From: a virus
Length of the DNA stretch: 64,000 nucleotides
Direction: 5' to 3' (one strand)
Virus record (IMG/VR): IMGVR_UViG_3300031992_000005
Location: 32,001-96,000 of that record
This document shows, piece by piece, positions 53,570 through 61,194 of the stretch (its first letter is position 1; every line of letters begins with the position of its first letter). The position numbers and the translations under genes were made by a program. The notes under the pieces are model-generated. The model searched no databases. It saw only the letters and a list, made by a program, of their open reading frames with translations, and had not been told where the DNA came from.

Positions 53570-53785
53570 ATGGAAGAATTATTATTCGATAACGTAATGG
53601 ACGGTGAATCATTGGTTAAAGATATATTAAATACTGATGGCGTAAGCTCTATCACGGACGATAATGGAAAATCGTATTGGTGGAATACCATTGATAAGAC
53701 AAGAAATTATCAAGTTAGGAAATATAAATATGATAGAGCACTCCAAGACTATTCAGTTATTTCATATAAAATAAAGGAATTGTAA
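53570..53785 (+). CDS. hypothetical protein (71 aa)
   Basis: Intact ORF. Confidence 0.45.
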   Translation: MEELLFDNVMDGESLVKDILNTDGVSSITDDNGKSYWWNTIDKTRNYQVRKYKYDRALQDYSVISYKIKEL

Positions 53786-53795
53786 TAATTATATT

Positions 53796-54140
53796 ATGAT
53801 ACCGGAAAGTAAAAGGCTATTAATCACAGACCTCTGTGCAAGACTACCTTATGATACTATAGTTAGTGTTGCAGAAGGAGGGATTGATGGGGTTCAATGG
53901 AATAAGTCAACATTAAATTTCTATCTACTTCATCAGATCGAAGAGGAAGATGGTTGGGAATTCATTAAACCCTATCTACGTCCAATGGATGATATGACAG
54001 AGGAAGAATCTGAAGAATTTTCCAATATGGAAATCGTAGGTTACTCTAACTATGATTGGCTAAATGCCCATCACTTTGACTATAGAGGCCTTATCGAAAA
54101 AGGACTTGCAATAGATTGTACTGGTTTAAATATTTACTAA
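53796..54140 (+). CDS. family A small protein, array copy 14
   Basis: SKRLLITDLCARLPYDTIV; IKPYLRPMDDMTEEE; YDWLNAHHFDYRGLIEKGLAIDCTGLNIY. Confidence 0.85.
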   Translation: MIPESKRLLITDLCARLPYDTIVSVAEGGIDGVQWNKSTLNFYLLHQIEEEDGWEFIKPYLRPMDDMTEEESEEFSNMEIVGYSNYDWLNAHHFDYRGLIEKGLAIDCTGLNIY

Positions 54141-54152
54141 AATTAAAAAACT

Positions 54153-54575
54153 ATGTCTAAAATTGGTACTTCAGCAGAACAATCTAAGAGACTCGTAGAA
54201 TTAGGAATTGATGTAAATACTGCTGATATGGCATTATGTGGTACACAATTATTAACAACAAGTTACGTATTAGCAAAAAAGAAATTTAGTAATGCTGGTG
54301 AAATCCCTATTGAACCTGCATGGAGTCTTTCTGCTTTGTTGGATTTGTTACCATGTAGCTTGTCTTTATATCCAGAAGCCACGGAAGAAGGAGTAAAAGA
54401 AGGTAAATATAGAAGCTCTGATTTAATTGCTTCAAAAGAAGGTTTTCTTAGAAAAAGATATGATGGCGATTATCAATACAGATACGATGGAATTAAAGTG
54501 GTAGGAGATTTTCAAAATCCTACTGATGCAGTATTTGAAATTATTTGTTGGTTAAAAGAAAATAATAAAATATGA
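54153..54575 (+). CDS. family E protein (paralogue of 45663..46064)
   Basis: See 45663..46064. Forms an ATGA junction to copy 15. Confidence 0.6.
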   Translation: MSKIGTSAEQSKRLVELGIDVNTADMALCGTQLLTTSYVLAKKKFSNAGEIPIEPAWSLSALLDLLPCSLSLYPEATEEGVKEGKYRSSDLIASKEGFLRKRYDGDYQYRYDGIKVVGDFQNPTDAVFEIICWLKENNKI

Positions 54576-54976
54576 CACAAGAAGGAAAATTTCTTTTATT
54601 GAAAGACCTAAATGCAAGGTTGCCTTATGGAGTTTATGTAGAGCATACAACCACAAAAATAAGAGGCAAATTAAAGGGTATGATGTTTGAACATATCTAC
54701 AATGACACAGATTCTATTCAAGATATAAATGCTTGGGCAATGTTTTTCGGGGATGAATATGTGGATGCTACATATTTTAGGCCAATCTTACGTCCAATGT
54801 CAAGTATGACAGAGGAAGAAAGAAAGGAGTATAAGCATCTTGTAGCATTTAGTGGTAGTCCTGATGGAGCAACAAATTTTACAGACTGGCTAAATGCTAA
54901 TCACTTCGACTATAGAGGTCTTATTGAAAAGGGTTTAGCTATTGAAGTAACAGAAAAGAATAATCCATATAAATAG
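54572..54976 (+). CDS. family A small protein, array copy 15
   Basis: MTQEGKFLLLKDLNARLPYGVYV; FRPILRPMSSMTEEE; TDWLNANHFDYRGLIEKGLAIEVTEKNNPYK. Confidence 0.85.
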   Translation: MTQEGKFLLLKDLNARLPYGVYVEHTTTKIRGKLKGMMFEHIYNDTDSIQDINAWAMFFGDEYVDATYFRPILRPMSSMTEEERKEYKHLVAFSGSPDGATNFTDWLNANHFDYRGLIEKGLAIEVTEKNNPYK

Positions 54977-55021
54977 AAGGTTGTAAATTCCTTTTAGAAG
55001 CTATAAAACACTAATTTATAT

Positions 55022-55219
55022 ATGAAAAGAATATTACATTTTATTAGTTTTCCGTTTAGGATAATAGCGGAATATATAATAGCTTTTATACTATTTATGG
55101 TATACTTGTTACTTATCCTATCAAGTATTATTTACGAAATGGTTTATAATTGTTATGACGACATTAAAAGATATTATTCAATACTTAAAGAAAAAATCTG
55201 CAGTAAAATGCCAACCTAG
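55022..55219 (+). CDS. small membrane protein (65 aa)
   Basis: Long hydrophobic helix (IIAEYIIAFILFMVYLLLILSSIIY). Confidence 0.45.
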   Translation: MKRILHFISFPFRIIAEYIIAFILFMVYLLLILSSIIYEMVYNCYDDIKRYYSILKEKICSKMPT

Positions 55220-55321
55220 TATGGATGGCAGTAGAGAACAGTACTACGAAGGTAAAAAAGATGCTTACCTAGACTGTGCGGAAATTCTTGAAAAGTATTT
55301 ATCTCAATCATCAGATAAACT

Positions 55322-55669
55322 ATGAATACTATAAAAATATTCGTCAAGAATTTATTTGGGTTACCGGTCACTAGAGTTGATGTCTTGAAACGGGCTAGAG
55401 ACTATAAATGGACTAGTGGTCTATGTATTGCCATCAAATGTGCTTTATGGGACTTTAATATTCCTACCGAACCTAAAAATGTTGTCTCGAAGTTGTATTT
55501 CCCAGAGTTCAATCGAAAAAGTGCACTAGTATTTGGCGCAGATCCTTACAGTGTATTTTGGTGGGAAGTACACAATTGGTCTACAGGTAGGGAAAGATAT
55601 TTAAATTACCTGATAAACTGTTATAAAGATGATAAAATTAATTTAAGAAAATTAGCATATGATGAATGA
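55322..55669 (+). CDS. family C protein, copy 1
   Basis: LPVTRVDVLKRA ... GLCIAI ... FPEF ... FGAD ... FWWE..NWSTGRERYLNYLINCYKDDKINLRKL. Confidence 0.7.
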   Translation: MNTIKIFVKNLFGLPVTRVDVLKRARDYKWTSGLCIAIKCALWDFNIPTEPKNVVSKLYFPEFNRKSALVFGADPYSVFWWEVHNWSTGRERYLNYLINCYKDDKINLRKLAYDE

Positions 55670-56063
55670 TTGGAAATTAAAAATAAAGGGAGCTATAAAG
55701 AAGTTTATTTTGAAGATTATTCAAGTATATTTCTTTTATATACCCAAACCCGTAACGAGAGTTGAAGTTTTAAGGCGTGTAAAATCACTTAAAACTGGCA
55801 AAGGACTATGTGGAGGTTTACTCTATGTAATGGGGCAGGAATTTGATTTAGATATTTCTATATCTACTGCATTTCCACTATTCACTAATGAAAATGCACG
55901 AAAATTTGGAGCAAAACCAGTAGAAGAATTCATGTCGCGCTATGAATACTGGTGGAAAATGGGAAAATGGAATACTGGTAGAGAAGATTTTCTAGATTGG
56001 CTGATAGAACAGTATAAAGATGATACGACAAATCTAAGAAAATTAAAATACCATGAAGATTAA
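55659..56063 (+). CDS. family C protein, copy 2
   Basis: PVTRVEVLRRV ... GLCGGL ... FGAKP ... YWWK.GKWNTGREDFLDWLIEQYKDDTTNLRKL. Confidence 0.7.
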   Translation: MMNDWKLKIKGAIKKFILKIIQVYFFYIPKPVTRVEVLRRVKSLKTGKGLCGGLLYVMGQEFDLDISISTAFPLFTNENARKFGAKPVEEFMSRYEYWWKMGKWNTGREDFLDWLIEQYKDDTTNLRKLKYHED

Positions 56064-56433
56064 AGATTACCTAATAGTAGCACTAATACTGGCACTTTCT
56101 ACTCTAGCACTATTAATTATAGGATTTTTTATAGGAATTCCCGTATATCTTTTTCTAACTTGGAATATTTTTATAGGATGTGTCTTATCCTCTATTTACC
56201 TAATAGTCTTTTTTGAATTATTCTTTGGTTCTAAGGAAGAATATGTTGAATTTGAAGTAGGAGATGTATTGAAATACTTGGAAGAAGATGCTAGAACATG
56301 GCAAGGAAAAAACTATGTAATAGTAAAAAATATTGGTGAATTAGATGGGAAAAAGATCCTAGAATTTGAAGATGGTACTTGGGAATATGCACATAAAGCT
56401 AATCACAATTATTATAAAATAGGAAGAAAATGA
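56053..56433 (+). CDS. membrane-anchored protein (126 aa)
   Basis: Two N-terminal TM helices followed by a soluble domain. Confidence 0.55.
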   Translation: MKIKDYLIVALILALSTLALLIIGFFIGIPVYLFLTWNIFIGCVLSSIYLIVFFELFFGSKEEYVEFEVGDVLKYLEEDARTWQGKNYVIVKNIGELDGKKILEFEDGTWEYAHKANHNYYKIGRK

Positions 56434-56936
56434 ATAAGAAAAAAGTACTATTTGCCGACTTAGATGGAACATTAATCGAGACGGCAACAGGAAAAACATT
56501 TCCTCTTGGTATCTGGGATATGAAATTTAAGTTTGATGTCCTAGATGCTATAAAAAAGTATAACTTCGAAGGTTTAATAATCGTCACTAATCAAGGTGGC
56601 ATTGAAAAAGGATTAGTTAATGAGAAACACTTTGTAAAAGCAAAGATGGCTTATGTAACTAAATCTTTGGAAGAATATTTACATATTCCAGTCAAATTTG
56701 TTTACTGTGCGTCCAATGACAAGGATTGTGGGCATAGAAAACCTAATACCGGTATGTTAGAAAACGCTTATTGGAAGTTCATTATTAATCAATGGAAAAT
56801 GAATATCAATAAAAGTGATATGCTTATGATAGGTGATGCTAGTGGTAAACCTGGCCAATTCTCTGATTCAGATAAAAAGACCGCAGAGAATTATGGCATT
56901 GACTATATGGATATCGAAGATTTTAAGGCTCTCTAG
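56430..56936 (+). CDS. HAD-IIIA phosphatase, polynucleotide 3'-phosphatase (PNKP/GmhB)-like
   Basis: Motif I FADLDGTLIET, then ATGKTFP..IWD (as in PNKP-type 3'-phosphatases), motif II IIVTNQGGI, K in HRKPNTGM, motif IV MIGDASG...SDSD. Confidence 0.7.
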   Translation: MNKKKVLFADLDGTLIETATGKTFPLGIWDMKFKFDVLDAIKKYNFEGLIIVTNQGGIEKGLVNEKHFVKAKMAYVTKSLEEYLHIPVKFVYCASNDKDCGHRKPNTGMLENAYWKFIINQWKMNINKSDMLMIGDASGKPGQFSDSDKKTAENYGIDYMDIEDFKAL

Positions 56937-56960
56937 AAATAGAGAGCTTTTTATTTTTTC
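56928..56960 (+). terminator. intrinsic terminator
   Basis: Perfect GCTCTCTA-GAAA-TAGAGAGC hairpin followed by TTTTTATTTTTT. It overlaps the stop codon. Confidence 0.75.
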
Positions 56961-57018
56961 AAAGGCCTAATTCTTTAATTATATAAAGATTTATTAATTA
57001 ATTTAAAACAGAAAATTT

Positions 57019-57402
57019 ATGTTAGAAATGTATTTACTTAGCAGAATTGGAGCAATTCATACTGCATTATGTTGGTTAACAATTGGATTATTCCTTGCCT
57101 GGATAATCTGTTGGTTCATGATCGCTCTTCGGGAAGACTTCTCCGATGAACATGTCTTTGATGAAGATCAGAGAGCTAGATTAAAGAAAAACGCAAAAAA
57201 GTTACTGTACTCACTTGTGGTTTCTTTTTTGATACTAGTGGTAACACCAACAGAGAAAGATGCATACTTGATTTATGGTCTTGGTGGTACCATAGATTAC
57301 ATACAATCAAACGATAAGGCAAAACAGATTCCAGACAAATGTATAGAAGCATTAAATACTTGGCTAGATAAAATACAACCAGAAGAAACGTCAGATAAAT
57401 AA
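57019..57402 (+). CDS. membrane protein (127 aa)
   Basis: Two TM helices. Confidence 0.55.
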   Translation: MLEMYLLSRIGAIHTALCWLTIGLFLAWIICWFMIALREDFSDEHVFDEDQRARLKKNAKKLLYSLVVSFLILVVTPTEKDAYLIYGLGGTIDYIQSNDKAKQIPDKCIEALNTWLDKIQPEETSDK

Positions 57403-57406
57403 AGCT

Positions 57407-57670
57407 ATGGACAGGAAGAAAAGATTTGAAGAAAAATACGGAAGCAGTGAAGTGAAATTACATCACAGCGTTCTAACTATTCATGACTGCCGCTCAGACC
57501 CATTTAGTTCCGGAGAAAATGGATACCTAGAGAAAGTCCGGGTTAGAAACGGTAAGTTTGAATTCTACCACGATTGGTGGAGTTATGGCTGGATCACTGA
57601 AGATGAGGTCCTGGATAAATATCCGAACGCTTATTGCCAAGTGAATCTAGAAGTCAATAGCTTATTATGA
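57407..57670 (+). CDS. hypothetical protein (87 aa)
   Basis: Intact ORF. Confidence 0.5.
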   Translation: MDRKKRFEEKYGSSEVKLHHSVLTIHDCRSDPFSSGENGYLEKVRVRNGKFEFYHDWWSYGWITEDEVLDKYPNAYCQVNLEVNSLL

Positions 57671-57939
57671 GACGAATAATGCTTATAACACTCTTAATTA
57701 TACTCTTCCTAATACTGTTTCACTATGCAGTTAGAAAAGAGTATAATAATATTGAAGATTATAGAGGTTATACAGTATTAGATAAGTTAGCTACAGACGA
57801 CGCCTATATGTTAGCTATAAAAGTAGACACACCAATCCACCGTGAGTTTATCGGATACGAATATGAAATTATTATGCCTTGTGCAATAGTTTCAAAAACG
57901 GATTTCGATAAGTACAATATAGGAGATACTATCAGATGA
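57667..57939 (+). CDS. N-terminally anchored small protein (90 aa)
   Basis: ATGA junction and an N-terminal TM helix (MLITLLIILFLILF). Confidence 0.5.
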   Translation: MRRIMLITLLIILFLILFHYAVRKEYNNIEDYRGYTVLDKLATDDAYMLAIKVDTPIHREFIGYEYEIIMPCAIVSKTDFDKYNIGDTIR

Positions 57940-58331
57940 AAATAAAAATAGAAACAGAAGGAGTAGTGATAGGTTCAAGGACTTTGCCAGAATTTAAGTT
58001 TCAAGTTCTGAACTTTATGAGTATGTTATGGGACAATATTACTAACCCTGATTGGGGAAAATCTAGTGATCCCGATCCCCATTATATTCGTAGCTATACT
58101 TATGCAAATTTTCACGTCGCAATTAATAATCTAAAATTTGAATTAGGGCGATTGGAAAAAGAAACCGGTATCCCTGCCTGTGAAGAACAGGAAATGATAA
58201 CTAGGATGAAATGTTTAGGTGGCGGTAACGGTAGAACTGAAGAGATTTGGACTAAACTCCTAAAAGATCTTACAAAAAAGTACAACTTAAAATACAAATT
58301 AAATGGTAACCGAAGTACAAATAGTAGATAA
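57936..58331 (+). CDS. hypothetical protein (131 aa)
   Basis: ATGA junction. No motif recognised. Confidence 0.5.
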   Translation: MKIKIETEGVVIGSRTLPEFKFQVLNFMSMLWDNITNPDWGKSSDPDPHYIRSYTYANFHVAINNLKFELGRLEKETGIPACEEQEMITRMKCLGGGNGRTEEIWTKLLKDLTKKYNLKYKLNGNRSTNSR

Positions 58332-59064
58332 CACTAAATCGCCAATTGGTTATTTATCCACCTTGGAGAACTTCAAAAATGGTACGGTATATAAGTTCAA
58401 TAAAGGGGTAAACATTATAGTTGGTGAAAATGGAAGTGGTAAATCTACACTACTAAATCTTATTAGATACTACCTCTTAGTAGGAGAAAAAGAGTGTGAT
58501 AAAGGATTATATAACTCCAATATCAATCGATTGTACGGTTTAGATAGTTTATTCTCTGATGGAGTTAGTGTATTCGCTGACTATAAGAAAAATGTATTCA
58601 GACTTTGTCATGAAGATGAGACATCAATAGATAACACTCCCGATTTTGATTCTTTCGGAACTTATTTCGCACAGAAACAATCATCTACTGGTGAAAGCGT
58701 TAATATAGCACTGAGATCTCTTATTCGGAGAATGTACAGTAAAGATGCTAAGCTGTATTATGATTTTTCATTAAAAGAGATGTATCCTAAGTACACCGAA
58801 TATATTGAGAAACATAGGATTGACGATGACGAGGAGTGGACAATCTTAATGGATGAACCTGACAGAAACCTTGATATCAATAATATCAAAGAAGTTCAGG
58901 GGATTCTTTCCTTTCACAAGGAACAGACTCAGGTCATCGCTGTTATACACAATCCATTAATGATCTATTCGTTATCCAAGTGCAAGGACATTAACTTCAT
59001 AGAGTTAACGGATGGATATATTAATAATGTATGTAGAATCATTAACGAGATTGTAAGGGAATGA
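58303..59064 (+). CDS. minimal ABC-type (AAA_21-like) ATPase
   Basis: Walker A GENGSGKSTLLN, signature-like QSSTGES, Walker B TILMDEPDRNLD, H-loop-like AVIHNP. At 253 aa it has no fused effector domain. Confidence 0.65.
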   Translation: MVTEVQIVDNTKSPIGYLSTLENFKNGTVYKFNKGVNIIVGENGSGKSTLLNLIRYYLLVGEKECDKGLYNSNINRLYGLDSLFSDGVSVFADYKKNVFRLCHEDETSIDNTPDFDSFGTYFAQKQSSTGESVNIALRSLIRRMYSKDAKLYYDFSLKEMYPKYTEYIEKHRIDDDEEWTILMDEPDRNLDINNIKEVQGILSFHKEQTQVIAVIHNPLMIYSLSKCKDINFIELTDGYINNVCRIINEIVRE

Positions 59065-59435
59065 ATACAGATACAGAGGCTTATCATCAATCTGAGCAAT
59101 ATGATGGTATTGAAGGAAGTTATTATGCACATACCACTCTCTACTCTAGAGTAAGAAGGAGAAAATTTATTGCCGAGAAAGAAAAGCGTTTTTCAAAAAA
59201 AGATAAGGAGAAATTTGTTATTACGCAAACTCCTAGAAAAAATACTGCGGTGGTAAAAACTCTCTACTTAGTTGATAGGAGTAAGACAAGAAGATTTTGG
59301 TGGTCACACGATGCCTATTTTGCAAAGAAATTTGATAGTGAAAGTGAGGCAATGAATAAAGCATTGAAATATAAATATAATAATTGTAGGGTAATTAAAA
59401 TAGAAAATATCATCAATGGGAAAAATAGCAGATAG
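59061..59435 (+). CDS. hypothetical basic protein (124 aa)
   Basis: ATGA junction. No motif recognised. Confidence 0.5.
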   Translation: MNTDTEAYHQSEQYDGIEGSYYAHTTLYSRVRRRKFIAEKEKRFSKKDKEKFVITQTPRKNTAVVKTLYLVDRSKTRRFWWSHDAYFAKKFDSESEAMNKALKYKYNNCRVIKIENIINGKNSR

Positions 59436-59601
59436 CCTAGAAAAATATTTCAAAGAAACTCCCCCGGAACAGCTTGACAAGGACTGGGAAGAGATAAAGG
59501 ATCTTAATAATATTGGTCCAGACGCAATAGAATATATAAACAAATATAAGAATCATGTGGGTAAAAGTAGACTATTCGGAAGAGGCCAAGAAAAATCCTA
59601 A
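59416..59601 (+). CDS. hypothetical protein (61 aa)
   Basis: Intact ORF overlapping both neighbours. Confidence 0.4.
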   Translation: MGKIADSLEKYFKETPPEQLDKDWEEIKDLNNIGPDAIEYINKYKNHVGKSRLFGRGQEKS

Positions 59602-59755
59602 GCCAAATATGGCAGGAGAATGGGCTATTTACACTAAAAGGCATTGGTGGAATCATTGGGTAGAACGCCAGACCTATGCTAGCTTAGATCTGTGTGAAAA
59701 AGAAGCTGAAAAGATAGTCAAATTTCCAAAATACTATTTCAAATGGGGCAAATAG
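59555..59755 (+). CDS. hypothetical W-rich protein (66 aa)
   Basis: Intact ORF. Confidence 0.4.
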   Translation: MWVKVDYSEEAKKNPKPNMAGEWAIYTKRHWWNHWVERQTYASLDLCEKEAEKIVKFPKYYFKWGK

Positions 59756-60093
59756 ATTATACTACAGTAGAACATATTATGATAGGTCCATTAATTAGCG
59801 ATCTTCTTAAACTTCCAGTAACAAGGGTGGACTTATTAAGGAGAGCAAGAAAGAAAGTCAAAGCTCGCCTTGGATTATATACAATAATACAAGGCACAAT
59901 AAACGAGTATGGCTTACAGGTATCCGCGAAAAAATGTTTTCCAAAGCTTACTATTGAAAATGCCAAGGAATTCGGTGCAGATAAAACATTTACCTGGTGG
60001 ACTGAAGAAGATTGGAATACTGGTAGAAAAGAATTCCTAGACTGGCTGATAGAACAATATAAGAACGATAAAGAAAACTTAAGAGATGGATAA
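59743..60093 (+). CDS. family C protein, copy 3
   Basis: LPVTRVDLLRRA ... FPKL ... FGADK.FTWWTEEDWNTGRKEFLDWLIEQYKNDKENLR. Confidence 0.7.
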   Translation: MGQIDYTTVEHIMIGPLISDLLKLPVTRVDLLRRARKKVKARLGLYTIIQGTINEYGLQVSAKKCFPKLTIENAKEFGADKTFTWWTEEDWNTGRKEFLDWLIEQYKNDKENLRDG

Positions 60094-60235
60094 TATTACG
60101 CATACTGAAGATTATTTTTGGGAATATACATGTACCAGACCCTCCGATTATTATAATGAGAGGTGCTCAACCTGTTCTGCAAGAAATCCCAATCATAATT
60201 GTGAATATCTAAGAATAAAATATACAATAAAATGA
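60086..60235 (+). CDS. Cys-containing miniprotein (49 aa)
   Basis: Hand translation gives MDNITHTEDYFWEYTCTRPSDYYNERCSTCSARNPNHNCEYLRIKYTIK. Overlapping start and stop (ATGA) with both neighbours. Confidence 0.4.
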   Translation: MDNITHTEDYFWEYTCTRPSDYYNERCSTCSARNPNHNCEYLRIKYTIK

Positions 60236-60570
60236 ATATAGTAAAACTACTTTTTATCAGGTTATTCAGGTTACCTGTAAGAAGAGAAAGTGTATTGACA
60301 CTTACAAAGAAGATTCGAACAGAACAATCCAATATAGGGTTATGTTCTGCAATAAGTTCAGCACTAGCTAGTTATGGTATATGGAGAGATCGTACACTTG
60401 AAGAATATTTTCCAGAATTCACTTTTGAAAATGCAAGAGAAAAATTCAAAGCTGATGGAACTAAAGAATTCTTTTGGTGGATAAATTACGACGATCCTAA
60501 TAGGATGGAATTCTTAGATTGGCTTATCAAACAGTACAAAAACGATAATACGAACTTAAGAAAACTTTAA
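60232..60570 (+). CDS. family C protein, copy 4
   Basis: LPVRRESVLTLT ... GLCSAI ... FPEF ... FFWWINYDDPNRMEFLDWLIKQYKNDNTNLRKL. Confidence 0.7.
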   Translation: MNIVKLLFIRLFRLPVRRESVLTLTKKIRTEQSNIGLCSAISSALASYGIWRDRTLEEYFPEFTFENAREKFKADGTKEFFWWINYDDPNRMEFLDWLIKQYKNDNTNLRKL

Positions 60571-60575
60571 AACGA

Positions 60576-60611
60576 AAAGGGTATCTTTTATAGATACCCT
60601 TTCCTTTTTTG
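60576..60611 (+). terminator. intrinsic terminator
   Basis: AAGGGTATCT ... AGATACCCTT hairpin (at least 9 bp) followed by TCCTTTTTT. Confidence 0.7.
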
Positions 60612-60668
60612 GTGTAATAAACTCCTATTAATTAACTTAAATCCCTTATAACTAAATATATAAATCAC

Positions 60669-60869
60669 ATGGATTATAAAAAAGAATACTTAGCTGCTCG
60701 TAAAAGAGCAAAAGAAATTTTTACATATTATTGTGATGATAGAGAGCAGTTGGGAAAAATATTATATATATTTCCTGACATAGAAGGTGAAACGGAAGAA
60801 GAGGAGAAAGATGCAGAATCTTATCCATCCTTTGATGATTCACAAGGAACACCAATTATAAAAACATGA
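60669..60869 (+). CDS. hypothetical acidic protein (66 aa)
   Basis: Intact ORF after a terminator. Confidence 0.45.
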   Translation: MDYKKEYLAARKRAKEIFTYYCDDREQLGKILYIFPDIEGETEEEEKDAESYPSFDDSQGTPIIKT

Positions 60870-60873
60870 TATT

Positions 60874-61194
60874 ATGAAACTAAAGACTACAGAAATCATT
60901 ATTTATTATGATGGACCGCAGGTAGTAGTAGCAGAGGATGAAAACAAACAGCTTTACATAAACACATTGTATGAAATTAATAGCCTGGGAGATTTTCTCT
61001 ACTTAACTGCGAAAACAACAGAAGAAAACCTAGAAGAATTTAAAACAGGAAAAATTGATCTTAGATCACTTTACAAGGCTCCTTATTATGTAAGCACTGA
61101 TGAATTCGGCGACGTATTTAATGCAAGAGAAATTAAGGAATCTGAAGTGAAAAGCTCAATGCTTCCAGACAAAAACTTTTATTTAGACAGATGA
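60874..61194 (+). CDS. hypothetical protein (106 aa)
   Basis: Intact ORF. Confidence 0.5.
   Translation: MKLKTTEIIIYYDGPQVVVAEDENKQLYINTLYEINSLGDFLYLTAKTTEENLEEFKTGKIDLRSLYKAPYYVSTDEFGDVFNAREIKESEVKSSMLPDKNFYLDR

Larger units (their letters stand above)
45060..54976 (+). repeat. tandem paralogue array: 15 family A genes interleaved with a few unrelated small ORFs
   Basis: The same three protein anchors, with near-identical underlying DNA stretches, recur 15 times in about 9.9 kb. See the individual CDS entries. Confidence 0.9.

Noticed and set aside
45060-54976. Possibility that the highly regular ~400-450-bp repeat structure is a CRISPR array or other non-coding repeat array.
   Set aside because: The repeat units are full-length ORFs with conserved protein motifs and coupled start/stop codons. 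There are no short 25-40-nt direct repeats with unique spacers anywhere in the window.
36248-54976. Diversity-generating retroelement as the source of variability in family A and B.
   Set aside because: There is no reverse transcriptase gene and no template/variable repeat pair with adenine-specific differences. The variable segments differ in length and are unalignable, which is not the DGR pattern.
55155-55325. 56-codon ORF (MTTLKDIIQYLKKKSAV...) ending in an ATGA junction with 55322.
   Set aside because: It overlaps the 65-aa membrane ORF 55022..55219 by 65 nt in another frame. A shorter version from the ATG at 55221 is possible, but I cannot decide between them, so it is not listed as a feature.
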